Assembly: GCA_020536535.1 (NCBI GenBank)
Contig: JAHLWZ010000171.1
Coordinates: 124,001-188,000, forward strand
DNA from: Pelomyxa schiedti
Lineage: Eukaryota; Protista; Evosea
Direction of reading: 5' to 3'
DNA: 64,000 nucleotides
Part shown: one piece after another, positions 27,450 to 39,947 of the stretch
Position numbering within the stretch: position 1 is the stretch's first letter
Layout: the number at the start of each line of letters is the position of its first letter
Translations under genes and position numbers: made by a program
Notes under the pieces: model-generated
Seen by the model: the letters and a program-made list of their open reading frames with translations, nothing else
The model's database searches: none
What the model was told of the DNA's origin: nothing

Positions 27450-29484
27450 ATGGTTGGTCGATCGGGAAAGTTACTGCATCAGCAGTGTAACACAAACCTG
27501 CCTGATGCCATTTGTGTTCTTGGAAATGTGTGTTTTTCTTTTCTTTTTTTTTTTTCTCCCCTTTTTCTTTATATATCTCGGTGGGCATTCCTCTTTTTTC
27601 TCCTCGTCTCCTTAATATTTTTACATAGGCTGCAGGCTATTTCGCTGCCATTCTATTGTTTTTGATTCTGCTTCCTCAGCTTTACAAAAACTGGAAAAGG
27701 TGAATTATGTTGTAATTTCTTTAGTTTCTATTGTACCTCACATGAAGTGTTACGCGCGTCACTTTGGATGTAAACAAGTAACAAATTAAAGGCGGTCTGT
27801 GCATGGACTATCTCTGATTCGTCTTGTCACAAACTTCATTGGTCTTGTTTGTGATATTTTCTTTGTCTTTCGCAACGACCTTCCTATTTTCTCCAAAGTC
27901 TCTATCTGTTACATGGGCTTTATTGAAATTGTTGAGCTTCTTCAATTCATGATTTTTCAGTTTGTTTGCATCCCCTTTGATTGTAGAACCTTACTCCCTT
28001 CCAATTTCCAGGAAAATAGAACATCACCCTAAAGTAAAGAAACTGATAGCTTCTTTAATTATTCTTGGATTGTCATCAATTGTTATCATTGTGGAATTCG
28101 TGCGACCAGAATCAACAAACTTCTTTGGCTGGTGTGCCTACATCTTGTGGGCTATAGAAACCCTTCCTCAGGTACCCTTATTTCCCTATTAGATTGAAAT
28201 TTACCCATCCAAAAAGATACATCTGAATATGTCGCTCCGCTCCACGGAAGTGAGTCCTTTTTTGTATTTTGGGTTTGATTAACACTCGACCGCTAACAGG
28301 GGCAATCCACGGCCTCTGTTGTTCTTGTTACCACAGTGAAGAGTCTTACAACCCTAATGAATTATACTCTCGCGATGCCTCTACAGGGTGTCGTGCGGGA
28401 TTACTACGCATGTTCATGCAGTTACATAAACGTGCTACAAGTTATGCACTACCACAATTGGGGTAAAAAGGACATGAAACCAAAGCCCACTGAAGAAGAA
28501 CAAAATGATGAGAATGATGGCACTCATGGCGACTCAGATACAAAAGGGCAGGAAGAACCTGCTACTGACAAGTCAAATGTCCCATCTGCAAGCAGCGGAA
28601 CAACGCTGGAAGTGGAGGCAGAAGCGACCCCACTTATTGCTTCCAGGACACTACGGAGATACAAAACTATGACGACTACCCACAAATTGGCTATGGGGGT
28701 TTTACTCCCTTGGTGTTTGTTTATTCTCCTTATGCTGCCTCCTCTTACAATATGGCGTGCACAGTCCTGGGCCTTCATCCTTTTACCTGTAGCGCTTGTT
28801 GCCATTATGGTGCTTTTCTACATCCACACCCACACTGGATGCATGCACTGGATACATTCCAACTTAGAGACAAGACTCCCTGAATCAATGCTGAAATTCA
28901 TACCAGAAGAGGACACAACTGTTACCAAGAAAGAGCAAACTGACACCAACACCGGCCATGAAGAAAGTGAGGAAGAGGCACAAGGCGTGATCAAGTTTGC
29001 CATCCGCACACAGTATGTCATGCAAGGCGAATATGCTGAAGAAAGTGCCAGCCAGAGTGGAAGCGAGAGCGGCAGCAGAAGCGGGAGCGGGAGCGGGAGT
29101 GTGAGTGGAAGCGGGAGCGTTAGCGGAAGTGGGAGTGCAAGCGGAAGTGTCTCCGGCAGTGAAAAAAGCGGGAGCTCACACAGGAGCAGGAGTGGCAGTG
29201 CAAGCAGTGATGGCGGACAGGTTGAAATATATATGGGTAAACAAGGGTGTGGTGGGGATGGTGTGTCTGCTGGCGTTGACAACACTCAAACGGCAACTAC
29301 TACTACTACAACAACAAGCACACCTGTGGAACAACACACCACAAGCAGCTGGAATTCACAAACAGCAGGACCATTGAGCAGTGTCAGGAGTAGAAGCAGG
29401 AGTAAGAGCAGAAGCAGTAGTAGCAGTCCTGAACCTAAAAGTGCCAAAATTTCCCCTGGTCAACTAGATTACACCAGTCTGTGA
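27450..29484 (+). CDS. PQ-loop repeat membrane protein with a long Ser/Gly-rich C-terminus
   Basis: Two PQ motifs, ILLPQLYKNWK..SVHGLS and WAIETLPQ|IHLNMSLRSTE.GQS; additional TM helices; SGSGS repeats at ~29050-29200. Confidence 0.8.
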
Positions 29485-30115
29485 AAAGCAAAAAAAAAAA
29501 TTTTTTGAAGAAAAAAGACATCAAAAATGTCATACGTGTACGACACTCCCCTGGCGTGCCTTTATATTGGGAAATACTGACACAGAGGCACTAACCAAAG
29601 AAACAGCGACTTGTTGTTGGTGTCCATTGACACTTTGGGCAGTTTTTTTTTTTCCTTGCTTGCCACATAGTTGTACAACTCAACCACAAATGGAGCATCT
29701 AAGGAACTGTGGCCCTACTGCACGTCCTACTGTTGTCAAGCAGTTGCTGAGCATGGACGTGGTCACTGCCATAAGGATGCATTTTCACAAGAACTTCGAG
29801 GTCTTTCATACGTGATATTTACTCTTTTTATTTATGATTCCTCAGGCACATGAAATCCTTTCTTGCCTGGAAGAATCTGGTGGTGACCTCCTGACATGTA
29901 TGAGTCGACTCAATCAGAAAATTGTGTGCACGTTCTCCTAGCTTGGTTAAAACCTAACATTTATTCAGAGTGACACAGAGAGGCACTTGAAGTTGCACTC
30001 CTGTCTCTAAGAAATATTGCACGCCTCTAATATCTTGCTTATACCAAACTTTGTTTATTTTTGTGATGAGGAAAATATATGGAAGATTATTCTTTTCTGG
30101 TTTGTTTCACAACAA

Positions 30116-31677
30116 CTACAAAATGATTTGATCCTCAGAGGAACATTTGTTGCACATTTCCTCCCCAAGGAATATTGGGTTGGTCATAGCAGCCATGGAC
30201 AGTGATGGGTGCCTTATCTCGCCCCTCACATACGTTGCTAGTGATACTGTTGTATCCCACACAAACGTCTCCATTGATTCGCCACCTTTCACCAGCTGCG
30301 TCTGCATGACGCCCTGGTCTGAGACTATCCTGGCAAGGCCATTAGTGGGGGCTCCTGTAACAGACATAGTTACAGTCACTACTGTGCCTGCTGGTGCACA
30401 AAGGCACTGACCGATGTTTACCTGAACTTCTTCTCCTGTGGCGAAGGTGGTAACAGTGAAGTTGTGTACAGTCACTGCCACTGACTCGGCGATGTAACTG
30501 TGTCCAGCCTTCAGCGCCGCTATTAGAGACTGTCTGTCAAGGTTATCAGCCAGGACAACAACGTGAGGAGCATCTAATGGCACAGTCTCGTCATGGGAGT
30601 CACTGCCTCCATGTGCGGGTATCCACCCGTCCTCGTATAAGACTATCATGGAGTCCCAAGTTTCCAATGCCTGCTCGTCACACGGCCCCCATTGGCCGTT
30701 CCAGACCTCAATCACATCCACATTCTCAAACTGGAACACCCATCGGCAGGCAATACACATAGTGTGAGGGTGGCCTGCAACAACAAGTCCGCCGTGACTG
30801 CTGATACTGCTTGCGAAGTCGGCGAACACGCTATCTCTAGCGCGGAACCTGAAATCAAACCAGGTTCCTGGGTCAGTTGCAAAGGCAATGCAGTGGCCAT
30901 TTCTAGTAGTAAGCTCCTCACCACAGAGTATCAGCAAATCATCGCCCCACAATCCCCCCCACTCGGTCTGCCCGGAGATGGTGTTGTGGTCAGTTGCGGC
31001 GAAGAAGTCAAGGCCTAGTTCACGAGCCTCATCTGCAACCTGCTCTGGGGTTCTATCACCATCTGAGTGGACTGTGTGAAGGTGGCACTGGCCTCTATAC
31101 CAATCGCGTCCTCTTCCAACAGCGTAGTCAGGTGGGTACTCTTTGTTTGTGTCTTTAACCTTTGTTGTCAAATTTCTAATCATATTCAGTTCGATTGGGA
31201 TAAGTATGATTTGAGAATGTTCTACCTATGAAGGGTCACATTCAATTCATACAACATTCCCTGTGGAGCAATGGTTGTTGGAGCCAAAACTATGTTCCAA
31301 GTGCCTGCATTCACCGGGCCGTCCATAAACCCCAGCGATGAAGATTCCTGTCCTACCTGAAACGACGGCACCGTCCTCGAAAACGTGAGCAACCACCCGC
31401 GCCAGCCATTTACAGCCTTGGCGTCAATCAGTACACCCCGCTCATCCCAAATCCCCAAGTCTAAAGCGTTGCCAAGCACTCCCCGCGGAACAGAGGCGTT
31501 CACGTCGTACCAGTAGCTGACTTCTACTGACGTGGTGTACTCCGGAACCTCAAATGGAAAGTACACGTAGTCCGGCGAGCCGATTGGCAGAAGCCCACGC
31601 ATTTGGTAATCAGGCGACCCGCTGACAGCAACCAAAATAACACCCAGCACCAACAACCAACCCAGCGCCGCTCGCAT
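30116..31677 (-). CDS. Secreted PHP-domain metallohydrolase (CehA/McbA family), one 50-nt intron (31176-31225)
   Basis: Signal peptide MRAALGWLLVLGVILVAVSG; WYRGQCHLHTVHSDG; ATDHNT; GEELTTRNGH; VAGHP; IEVWNG; GGSDSH; AMTNPIFL. Confidence 0.88.
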
Positions 31678-31919
31678 TTCTCCGATTCTTTTACTTTCAA
31701 ACGAAACTTTTCCCTCAACGAACCTCTTTGATGTGATTCTCGCACTGGCACACCTTCTCCTCCCACACCCTCCTGTGTGACCGTACACCACAAGGCACAT
31801 GCATTTGCCATGAATGGATTTCGGTTTAAGCTCTAAGGAAGATTTGGGTGATTAGCCGGGAATCCACCGAACAGAAAATGTGTTCCAAGTTCAAACGGAA
31901 TTAAAAAAAACCCTTACAA

Positions 31920-34900
31920 ATGAGGAACAACACGCCAGTGAAACGGGCGTCGACAGTGTCTGGGGAAGTGATGCGTCTCCAGGGCTCGAAGACGCCCACG
32001 GCCACCACCCCCGCACGTGCGCAGCAAGGCCAGGGCACCCTGCCACAGAAGCAAGAGCAAAAGCAAGAGCAGCCTCAGCAGCAACAACAACAACAACAAC
32101 AACAACCTCCAGGAGGAGGCGGAGGGGGAGGAGGGGCCAAGACCCCCGCTGTGGGGGGCGTGCACCAGCCTCCCATAAGGACGCCGCCGTCGTCGCCCAC
32201 GGTGTCGCCAAAGGCGCGCCCCGCGTCGGCGCCGCCTGGGACGATCTCGTCCATGCCGTCGTTTGCGCTGGTGGCCAAGGAGGTGATGGAGAAGGGGAAC
32301 GCGAGCTCCACAGAGTGGATGAAGTCGCAGGAGAAGACCTTCACGTTCGCATTTTTCTCCCCCTCCCTTATGCTCCCATAATTCTCTCCCGCCCGCCCTC
32401 TCTCTCTCGTATCCGTATCAGCCTTTGTGTCTTCTGTGCCAGTTTTGTCCTTCTCCCATAAGGTTGTTGTTGCTAATGATGACGGGCAGGAAGTGGGTTA
32501 ATTCTCACCTCGTGAAGGACAAGGGCCCACTAGTGGTTTCAGTGAATGAAGCTTTTACCTCAGGAATCAATCTTATAAGAGTACGATACTCAGAGTTTCG
32601 ATTCATTTGGCTAACCACTTCACTATTTTCTTTTTTGAACACCAAAGTTGATTCATATTCTTTTTGGGTGTCCCCTTCCAAAATACAACCCGTCTCCCAA
32701 GTTTACTGCACAGTCATTGGATAACATCAGTAAAGCACTTGTACTTGTGGAAAATCTGGGAATCAAGTCAACATTGAAACCAATACGTACTCCTCTTCCC
32801 AAACATCCTCCACCTTAGTTTCTTGTCCAATACTCTGAATCTCAGATCTTGTCGAGCAAAATGCTGTTTTTATTCTTGGTCTCATGTGGCAAGTTGTACA
32901 AGCTTACAACATGAAACGCATGAAAGAAGGAAGAACACTAAACCACAAAATCATCCCATATTCTGACCACTGTAACTACGGTACTACAAACAGAGTGTTA
33001 CAAGATGAGTTAATGTTTTTAGCATTGAAAGGACCTGGGGCATGGAATCCTGTTCCCAAGTCTCCTCAACAACAATGGACTTCCTTGAAAAGTATCATTT
33101 CCTCTGAAAAATTTACCCCCAGCGTTTCTTCAACAACACACACTCCTCCTGGATCCCCGGCACAATCTCCAACTTCAGAAAAAATGCACACACCATTAAC
33201 ACAAGACCCCCCAAAACCGGTACAAGACCCTGTAAAAATAACCCAAGATTCCGTCAAGGCAACCCAAGAGCCCACAAAAGCTCCCCCCAAAGTAATACTC
33301 CCAGAATCAAACACACCTAGTACAGCAGATTCAAAAACTTCGAGTAAAAATCCTGTACACACCCAAGAAACAACAGCTAAACTTCCAACAGCTCCAACCA
33401 CTCCAACACCCAAAGTCAGGCCAATGCAGATGCAGATTGCATCTATTGTGTCAACGTTGAAGCTATCCCCGAGTGCAGTGCCATATAAGGCTCTCAACAA
33501 CAAAGAAACAACAAAAACAACCCCACAACACACTCCACCATTACCAGGAACATCCAATCCGCTTCCTTCTGAAAAACTTGCTCCTTTTACCATACCAAAA
33601 CCTACCAAGGCGCCACCAGTCCCAACACCTGCAACCTCCATTTCACCTGTAAAAAGCTCTACTCCTAACATAGCTCCTCCTAGCTCAGCGTCTACAACAA
33701 CCCCATTGGAAACACCCCCTCTCCAAGAGTCCATGCCACCCATTGCCTCACCACCCCTCACTTCACCATCACCACCATCATTACTGACCGACGTGGCGCC
33801 CAACCCTTCAAAAATAGAAAATTCCACCACACCTTCACTGCCTGTGAATATAGCGTCACCCCCTTTATGCTCACCCACGACATATTCTAGTTCCTCTCAA
33901 GTGGAGGTTATCTCTCCCATAAAGGAAGAAGTTATCCCACAGTCCTCTTCTACAAGTTCAATCCCAAATGCACAACCAACCTCTCAAGCAAATGTACAAC
34001 CGCAAACACCAGTATTACCTGAACCAATTGCTACACCCACTCCCGAACCAATTGTAACTTCAGCGCCAGAACCAATTGCAACGCCTACTCCCAAGCCAAT
34101 TGCAACTCCAGCACCCGAACCTCTCATACCAATTCCCCAACCAATTCAACTGCAGGTGTCCCCGCCAGTTCCAGAAGCTCAAACACCTTCTCCCCCACTG
34201 ACAACTCCACCACAACCACCCACGCAAACAAAGCTTACCCCACCTATTGAAACAATACCACAGCCAGACTCCCAAAGTCTTTTCCCCCAGCAAACCTCTC
34301 AGCCAGCTGAAGCTTCAGTTCCACAATGTATACAAGCATCAAGTCCCCCAATACTTACCACATCTCCTACCAATTCAACATCAACGGCACCATTGAAGAG
34401 TCATGCATCCCATGTCACAACACCTCCAGATGCAAAGGCAAACAATTCAGCTTGCCCACTTTGCCCACCATCAAACATTGTGGCTCCTGAAAAACGAGGC
34501 AATTCTACCCATTTTTCTTTTTTTTTAAAAAAAACCCAGAGCTAAGCACCAAGGAACTGCTCATGGATTTTTGCCAAAAATGTACCAAGCCTTACTCTGT
34601 ATTTATCAAGGATTTCACATCCAGGTTTGTTCATACTACCAGCTTAGAATTCTTCATTTCCTCCCTAAAACAGTTTTGCTGATGGAGTCGCATTTTTGTG
34701 TTTGGTGGGAAAATATATTCCAGACAAGGTAAACATTGAAGCAAGCAAAAAGGTACGACCTTCAATTCCGTAACTGCCATCAACACTCCCAAAGAGTCTT
34801 TCAAAAGACAATCTCGAAGTAGCTTTTTCACTTGCAGAAACAGAACTTGGTAAGAGCAAACTATAATTTGTACCACAAGAAAGTAATTGTTGTCAGGAAT

Positions 34901-36185
34901 CCCACGCCTGCTTGATGTTGAAGGTAATAAACGAACTTTTCTAATTGAGCTTATTAATGTGCCTCAGACTTCATTGGGCAACTTCCTCATGAGCTTTCCG
35001 GTGGGTAATTTGTGGGAGTCAAATCAACATTCCAGTCATCTAACTTCTCTCCAGTTATGACCTACATCTCTGAATTTTTGCATTGCGTTCCTTTGGTAAT
35101 GCCCTTTGTTAATTCTTCCTTTCAATTAACCAACATTACCAGAACTCTGAACCTGAAAGCATTTCCACAGAGGTGGGCACCACAATCACCCCTGAAGAAA
35201 CTTCAATGAACAGCCCCATGCCTAAGCTCTTGCATGGCAGTCAACTACCAGCAGTGAGACCTAAATCGCCACCACCCACAACATCACCCTATCGCGGCCG
35301 GCCCCTGTCCCCCCCAGCAAGTCAAGCACAGACAGCTTTGACACCGTTGTCTCACTCTCACTCTCATTGTAGACCCCACTCAGTGCATCTTGAGACAGGC
35401 ACAACACCAAAGCACGCACGATCGACTTCACTTTCTGATGCTATTGGAAAACCGGATTCTTCAGTAACTGAAGTAGAGAAGCCAGTTGCAACAACACCAC
35501 CTGTGCCAGCTATTTCCCCAGTTTCCCCAGAACCCTCGGAATGCAAACCTGTCACCCCTATTCAAAATCAACCTGAAGTGATTCCACCTAACATTTCTGC
35601 TGCACCAGTATCGGCCAGCGTAACAACCCCAACCCCAACAACATCCGGAACTCCACAAATTCCCCCGGAGGCATGCAATTCGCTCGACTGATAATCTGAC
35701 TTTAAATAACCTTGCATAGGTCCAAAGAGAGCTCGAATCACTACGCCGTAAGGCTTTACGCCTTGAGACCCGCAATACCAAACTGGAGGATCTTCTTGTC
35801 CAATGTGAACTAGCCCATAGATACACTGTGTCTGTTCTTACTACAAAATTGACCGACGCACAAAAAACTATTACGGACAACAAGGTTTTGCCTCCTGGTG
35901 CTTCAGGTTACCCACTAAATTTTTTAATCTTCAGAGGGAACATATGAACACAGTCTGCCAACTTCATGACAAAATTTCCAACTTAGTAAGTGACCAATCA
36001 AAGGAAGTGCGGCACCTGACAGAGCAAATAACCGCGCACGGGAGGTCTCTTCAGAAACTACGGGTAAGAACTCACCAAAATACAAACATGTGGCTAAACA
36101 TGTCTTCTAATAGGCTGAAAGTGAGCAAAAAAAGCAGAAGTACAAAAAGAAAATCAAGGCGCTCAAAAACAACTCACGGCACTGA
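31920..36185 (+). CDS. Calponin-homology (CH1 + CH2) protein with Pro-rich spacers and a C-terminal coiled coil
   Basis: CH1: WMKSQEKTFT|KWVNSHL...DLVEQNAVFILGLMWQVV; CH2: STKELLMDFCQKCTKPY..KDFTSSFADGVAFLCLV..DNLEVAFSLAETELGIPRLLDVED..VMTYISEF; coiled coil ends KIKALKNNSRH*. Confidence 0.82.
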
Positions 36186-36336
36186 ATAACACATGAAATG
36201 AACTCTTGTATGTTAAAGCCCCAATGAGAAGAAAACAACTTGCGGCGGAAAAAGTTCTTTTCGTAGTTCCCTTTAGAAATAGTTCTCACTGTTTTTCGTG
36301 TTCGTTTCGTTTCAAAGGCATTGAAAATAAAAAAAA

Positions 36337-37675
36337 ATGTCATTGGGGAGGGAGACAGCAGCGGTTCAAGTTGCCTTTTACGAGGCGTTCCAAGAGGAAG
36401 AAGAAATGTTGAGGAAGTATCTGCCTGCTTCTGTGAGTGCTGTGTTCACAAAGAAAACCATACAGGTTTGTTTTTTGGAGGGTGCTTGGTAGATGAATGA
36501 ACCCAGCCATAAAACTTTGTTTTTGTCTTTTTTTTTTTCCCTGCTTCATTTTCCTTTTACCCTCCTCATTCATTTGATAAAGGAATCAGGAGATGTGGTG
36601 CCACCAGCAAGGATTGTGAGTGTGAGGACACAGTCCGTGATTCCAGAGGCTTGGGCACCATTGATGGACTGTCTGGTATCTCGCAGTACTGGTTATGACC
36701 ACGTTTTGAGGTTGGCTTTTCAATCACCAAAAGAACTTCTACTTTTTTCACCCTGGGAAATAGGTATAGGAATGCCACTGCTACAGCACTCGGGGATAGG
36801 AAACTTGTATGCGGTTACCTACCTCTTTATTGCGCCAGAGCTGTGGCCGAACACGCGGCACTATTGTGGATGTCTTTGTTTAGGAAGCTCCCAAAACAAA
36901 TCAGGTAGGTGTTGCTTGATTTTCTATTCTCAACCAACATCCTTTACAAAAACAGACAGTTCCAAATTTTCGAAAGAGATGGAATAACTGGCTTTGAGTG
37001 TGAAAGGAAAACCCTTGTTGTTGTTGGAGTTGGCAATATTGGGTCACAGGCAAGCAACAGACACAATATCTTCGCCCCGAAATCTCATTTCTGCAACAGG
37101 TTGTTGTGATTGGCAGAGGCCTCGGAATGAACGTGATTGGCGTGGATATAGTTCACAAGTTTGACTGGGTGACCTACTGCGACGACGTCGATTCCGCCCT
37201 TTCGCAAGCGGATGTCATTGTGTGCGCCATGAACCTCACGCGGGCCAATGCCGGCTACTTCAGCGAACAGCGCCTCAGAAAGTGCAAGAAGGGGGTTGTG
37301 TTTGTCAATGTCAGCCGAGGGGAGCTCAGCCCCGTAGAGCCGCTTCTGGTTCTGACCAAGGATCATCACATTGGGGGCGTGGGCCTCGATGTTTACGAGG
37401 ACGAGCAATTCCTAGCCACCTCACTACGCCGTTCCGCTGCCGCTTCGGCTTCGGCTTCTACGTCCTCGTCTGTGACAATCACGGGGGGTACTGAGGCTCA
37501 GAACCAAAGAGTGCAACATGTAATGGAACTGCTTAGACAGGACAACGTTTTGTGTACACCACACAATGCATTCAACTGTGAGGAGTCTGTCGTGAGGAAG
37601 TCAGAGCAGAGTGCTCAGTCTATTGTGCACTTCTTGCAAACTGGCAAAGTTTTGTGGGAAGTTCCCTTGGAATAA
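36337..37675 (+). CDS. D-isomer-specific 2-hydroxyacid dehydrogenase (D-lactate dehydrogenase-like)
   Basis: RSTGYDH; RAVAEHA; VVGVGNIG; FVNVSRGEL; GLDVYEDE; TPHNAFN. Confidence 0.92.
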
Positions 37676-37751
37676 AGGGGAAAAATCAAAAGTAACGCCA
37701 TGAAAATGGAAATGAAAATTAAAATCCCAAGTGATGATGCATGTATTGGCG

Positions 37752-39680
37752 TTAAGACTTGCCACCGGTTTTAGCTTTGGGTTTGTCCAAGGATGCTGTG
37801 TTGGCCTTAAAGAAGATAATGTCACCATCAAGTACTTCATAGTTTTTGCCTTGTTGACGGTATTTTCCTGCTGCTTTAGCGGCTTCTTCTGAACCAAGTT
37901 CCTAACATAATGTCAGTCTTTGGTATCTTGTTTTTAAAATGTAACCTTGAAGTCCTCATAGGTCATCACCTCAGCGCAAATGAAACCGCGCTCAAAATCT
38001 GTGTGAATTGTACCAGCTGCTTGGGGAGCCTTTGTTCCTTTCTGGACGAAGGGTCAAATAAAGAACAGAAAAGCCTTGGGAGAGTGTACCCTGATAGTCC
38101 AGCATTTCACTTCATCAGCACCACAGGTGAAAAAGTGGATGAGATCCAGAGCAGCATACCCCTTTTGGGATTATTAACACAACAGAATAAAATCCGCGGG
38201 GGAATATTACCGTCCTCACAATTTTTGAAAGTGTTGCAGGTACTTGAATCTTCAAGTCCTGCAGTGTAGTGGCCTGTTGATTTAGTTAGGGTGTGGGCAT
38301 AGGAATGTAATCCATCAGTACCGCAGCTCGCGCTTTGTCCACATTTTCTTCAAGTTCCTAAAGGAAAGTTACTCCCAAGTGGGGGAAAAGGCAATGCCCA
38401 AGAGGAGTACAAACCATGGCAGCAATAGCGCCACAGAAAGGAATAATGGGCTCTCTGTATGGATCGGAATAGCCATCGATCCACTGCTTGATTTTGAGAA
38501 GCCTGTGCATAGTGAGATTACAGTTGTATCGTGTGTGATACCATCTATTCTTTTTTGCCAAGAAGTCGGTGGCGCCCATGTTGATCAGATAAACTACTGG
38601 CTTGGCTGTGAGCAGAAACAGTGTATTGAGGGTTTCAACCTACAATGTGATGAGATGAGAAATAGGGAGTTTAGTTTTGTTGTGTACCTCATGTGCCTTC
38701 CAGTCACCAAATCTAACTGGGCGCTTTTTCACTGACACCCATTCATCGAATTTCTTGAGGTCATCCTGAACGAGCTCGGATCGGAAGAAAGAATAAAAAA
38801 ACCACATACCAGCTCCATCAATATTTGTTTGTCTCTGCGTGCACGGAGTTGCTTGGTGGTAGCCTCAATGCGTGCTTTAATAGTTTCTTCATCCTAAAAC
38901 TAGTTATGTCTCATGGAAATTTGCCAACCAGTACCTTGAGTAAGAGTTCCTCAGCAATGATCTCCAGGTCTCTGACAGGGTCAACAGTACCCTCGACGTG
39001 GGTTACATCAGGATCCTCAAAAATACCTACAAACAATAAGGTGAAGTGAAGAAGTAATTGCGCACATACGGACAATCTGGAAAATTCCGTCAACAGCACG
39101 AATATGAGACAAAAAGGCATTTCCAAGACCTTCACCATGCGAAGCACCCTTGACAAGTCCAGCAATATCGGTGATCTGATTGCGCATTCAGTGAAGCGTA
39201 GAGGGTTGTTAGACTGCTTTACTTGGAGGAATGCTGAGACTTCACTGCGGGGATGGAAGTGCTGGCACAGAAAATCAAACCTTTCGTCAGGAACAGTGAC
39301 TCTGGGAAGAAAAAGAATTGGGTCAGCACTCAAATGAAACAGTGAAAGAAGTGAACCTGGCTTCATTTGGGTCAATGGTACAGAATGGATAATTTGCGGC
39401 AGGGACTTGGCACTGAGAGAGCATATTGAAAAGAGTAGACTTTCCAACATTTGGGAGACCAACAATACCAATACGAAGGTTTTTATCGACTTTGCCTGTA
39501 CAACTGAATAAGAGCGAGGAAAACCCACTAAAACACTAGGAAAAAAAAAAAAAAAAAAAATTCATGGTGGAGGGAAAAAACCCAACCGAGGATTGGTCTC
39601 GCAGGTGGTTCTGTTGTTGGTTTCCGAGCAGCTGATGCTGTGCTCGTAGTCGCAGGCTTTGCCGGTGTCGTGGCCGCCAT
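37752..39680 (-). CDS. OLA1: Obg-like ATPase 1 / YchF
   Basis: [15 protein letters not shown]; [13 protein letters not shown]; [24 protein letters not shown]; [13 protein letters not shown]; [22 protein letters not shown]; DGDIIFFK. Confidence 0.96.
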
Positions 39681-39947
39681 CTCAGATGAACGATTTCTTT
39701 TGATTTTCAAATCTGTCCCCGAAAACGGTGTTTTCGGATGCCGGCGTCCTCAGCTTACTTTGCTATCACAACCAATCGCGCCTGGGCTCACAGGCGAACA
39801 TGCTTAACACCGAAGTACCTTTGGTATTTGGAAAAATATTCGTTGTTGGCAAATGTTTTTTTTTTTTTTTGGTGTCGACTTTGTTTCCCACAAACTCTCA
39901 CCAAGAATGTGTGGTGTATGTACAAAGTGGGGAGGATGTGTCAATGA

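Noticed and set aside
21787-31677. Bacterial contamination or prophage island
   Set aside because: The prokaryote-like genes are interleaved with spliced eukaryotic genes, two carry spliceosomal introns, and there is no operon structure or mobility gene
33066-33878. Long antisense ORFs (also 11422-11985, 16712-17311, 28818-29285, 42330-42800)
   Set aside because: Shadows of codon-biased or low-complexity sense exons, with no independent motifs
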